From: an uncultured Acidobacteriota bacterium
Lineage (GTDB): Bacteria; Acidobacteriota; Polarisedimenticolia; J045
Reading direction: 5' to 3'
DNA length: 64,000 nt
Assembly: GCA_963702425.1 (NCBI GenBank)
Contig: CAVPCQ010000037.1
Span: 192,001 to 256,000, forward strand
This document shows, piece by piece, positions 62,307 through 64,000 of this stretch. Made by a program: the position numbers and the translations under genes. The first letter of the stretch is position 1. Each line of letters begins with the position of its first letter. The notes under the pieces were generated by a model. That model was not told the DNA's origin and searched no databases. It saw nothing but the letters and a program-made list of their open reading frames with translations.

Positions 62307-63640
62307 GAAGTCCTCCCGGAGAGCGCCGCGCCGGGCCACGAGGGCCCCCAGTCCTCGCGCGGTGGGTTGAAATAGCCGAAGCGGAGGTGGGGCAGCGCGC
62401 GTTGCGCGCGCCGCACCCAGCGGTCGATGCCGAAGCCGGGCGGCAGGTCCGGCGGCAGGCCGAGCGCGCGCAGGTAATGATCGGGATCGAGGTTCAGGTT
62501 GCGCATCTGCACGCGGCGCACCCCGGCCCGCGCCGCGAACTCCTCGAACGCGGCGAACTCGGCCTCGTCGTCGCTGATCCCCGGGAACATCAGGTAGTTC
62601 ATCGACACGTGGCCGCCGGCCTCCGCGACCGCGTGGCCCGAGGCGACGACGTCGTCGATCGTGTACTTGTGCGGCCGGTAGTAGCGGTCGTACAGCTCGC
62701 GCCGGCAGGCGTTGATGCTGATCCGGATCTCGTCGAGCCCCGCCTCCACCAACCGCCTGACGGCCTCGGGCTTCGAGGCATTGGTGTTGAGGTTGATCGT
62801 GCCGGCTGCGGTGCGGCGGCGGATCAGCCGGATCGCCTCCTCGATCCGCTCGGCCTGCAGGAGCGGCTCCCCCTCGCACCCCTGGCCGAACGAGACGACC
62901 GGGCGCGGTGCCGTCTCGAGGTGGAAGACCGCCAGCTCGGCGATCTCCTCGGGGGAGGGGACGAAATCGAGCCGCGGCTGGGTCACCGGGATCTCGCCGT
63001 CCTTCTGGAGCGAGATGCAGCCGACGCAGTCCGAATTGCAGGCCGGGCTGGTCGGGAGCGGGGCCTCCCAGCGGTTGAGGCAGAAGTTGCGCGCAGCCGG
63101 ACAGCAGTAGGTCAGGGCGCAGTTTCCGACGACGTGCTCGACCACCCGATTCCCCGGGAACCGCTCGCGCATCCGTGCCGCCCCGGCGTCGATCTCGTCC
63201 TGCTTGAAGAGGACCGGGTCCTGCCGCCGGTCGGGATCGACCCGGAGGTAGGGGCTCACGAACCCGCCGTCCCGGAATCCGAGCGCGGCGTAGCAGTAGA
63301 GCGGCAGCGGCTGGACCCCGGCCTGCCGCTCCCACGGGGCGAGAAAGAGCGCTGTGTGGGCCGGGGCCAGGAAGGCCGCGGCCGCGAAGACCGGCCGGCC
63401 GTCGACCGCGTCGACCGTCACGGCCCGACCCCGGCGCGGATCGAACCCGACCGGCTTCCGGCCCGGGAGGTGAAAGATCAGCGAACCCTCGGGGAGCGGA
63501 GCGAACTGCCCGGGGTGGGCCCGGACCGTCGTGCCTCCCGACCGGCCCAGCGCCAGGTACTCCGGCACCTCGAACAGGTTTCCGTCGGCGTCGGAGACGA
63601 CCAGCCAGGGATCCGGTGTCGGGCGCGGACGGCGCGGCAT
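62303..63640 (-). CDS. Radical SAM protein of unknown function
   Basis: CNSDCVGC, SFGQGCEGEP, NLNTN; additional CALTYCCP. Confidence 0.88.
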   Translation of the reverse strand: MPRRPRPTPDPWLVVSDADGNLFEVPEYLALGRSGGTTVRAHPGQFAPLPEGSLIFHLPGRKPVGFDPRRGRAVTVDAVDGRPVFAAAAFLAPAHTALFLAPWERQAGVQPLPLYCYAALGFRDGGFVSPYLRVDPDRRQDPVLFKQDEIDAGAARMRERFPGNRVVEHVVGNCALTYCCPAARNFCLNRWEAPLPTSPACNSDCVGCISLQKDGEIPVTQPRLDFVPSPEEIAELAVFHLETAPRPVVSFGQGCEGEPLLQAERIEEAIRLIRRRTAAGTINLNTNASKPEAVRRLVEAGLDEIRISINACRRELYDRYYRPHKYTIDDVVASGHAVAEAGGHVSMNYLMFPGISDDEAEFAAFEEFAARAGVRRVQMRNLNLDPDHYLRALGLPPDLPPGFGIDRWVRRAQRALPHLRFGYFNPPREDWGPSWPGAALSGRTS

Positions 63641-63797
63641 CCCGAGATTCTAGGCCGCCCCGGCCGCCTCGTCAGGACTTTCGATTCCCAGTGGACACGG
63701 GGTACCGATCTCCTTTAGAATCAGGCAGTTTCAATTCCGCATCGGGATGCGTTCGGAGCCGTTCCGGGGACACCGGAGCGGTGTGGGCGAGGGTTGG

Positions 63798-64000
63798 ATG
63801 GAGCGACGCAGCGCGGCAACGGTGCCCCTGAAGTTCAAGGTGGGCGACAAGGTCGTCTACCCGAACCACGGCATCGGCGTGATCAAGGAGATCAAGGACA
63901 TCTCCTACGGTGGCACCTTGTCGACGTTCATCAGCCTGCAGATCCTGGCCACCGACAGTACCGTGATGGTCCCGGTGCAGAACAGCAAGGCGGTCGGCCT
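63798..64000 (+). CDS. carD: CarD/CdnL family transcription factor, 3'-truncated
   Basis: FKVGDKVVYPNHGIGVI...TVMVPV...VG; start codon uncertain. Confidence 0.85.
   Translation, partial: MERRSAATVPLKFKVGDKVVYPNHGIGVIKEIKDISYGGTLSTFISLQILATDSTVMVPVQNSKAVG

Overview
A very GC-rich bacterial chromosomal window with about 55 genes and two tRNAs (Ser-CGA, Leu-CAA). The gene styles tentatively suggest Acidobacteriota, which I cannot confirm. Many genes (lnt, a MacA-like adaptor, a YIP1 protein, imuA, lhr, dnaE2) carry single-base frameshifts that look like long-read assembly indels rather than true decay. Main content: a lipid-related operon (fabB-lnt-hpnD-like), a MacAB-type exporter, an SOS mutagenesis cassette (lexA-imuA-imuB, with dnaE2 about 16 kb downstream), Lhr helicase, a divergent SelO-like protein, MsrA, a Ser/Thr kinase-TPR protein, histidine kinases, a sigma54-driven hemerythrin-cupin-4Fe-4S module, PilT, DUF533/AIM24, a radical SAM protein and carD. 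Features missed by the ORF track or most worth follow-up: (1) a selenocysteine peroxiredoxin with in-frame TGA at the catalytic position and a SECIS-like hairpin; (2) a candidate lineage-specific LexA box (GGAC-N4-GTCC) placed identically at the lexA and dnaE2 promoters; (3) a shared ~100-aa C-terminal domain ending in CP on two unrelated secreted proteins, a possible sorting or anchoring signal; (4) a GTAG-type REP family, including an inverted doublet translated inside imuB; (5) a 52-aa ribbon-helix-helix gene divergent from lexA; (6) a toxin-antitoxin-like nucleotidyltransferase pair.
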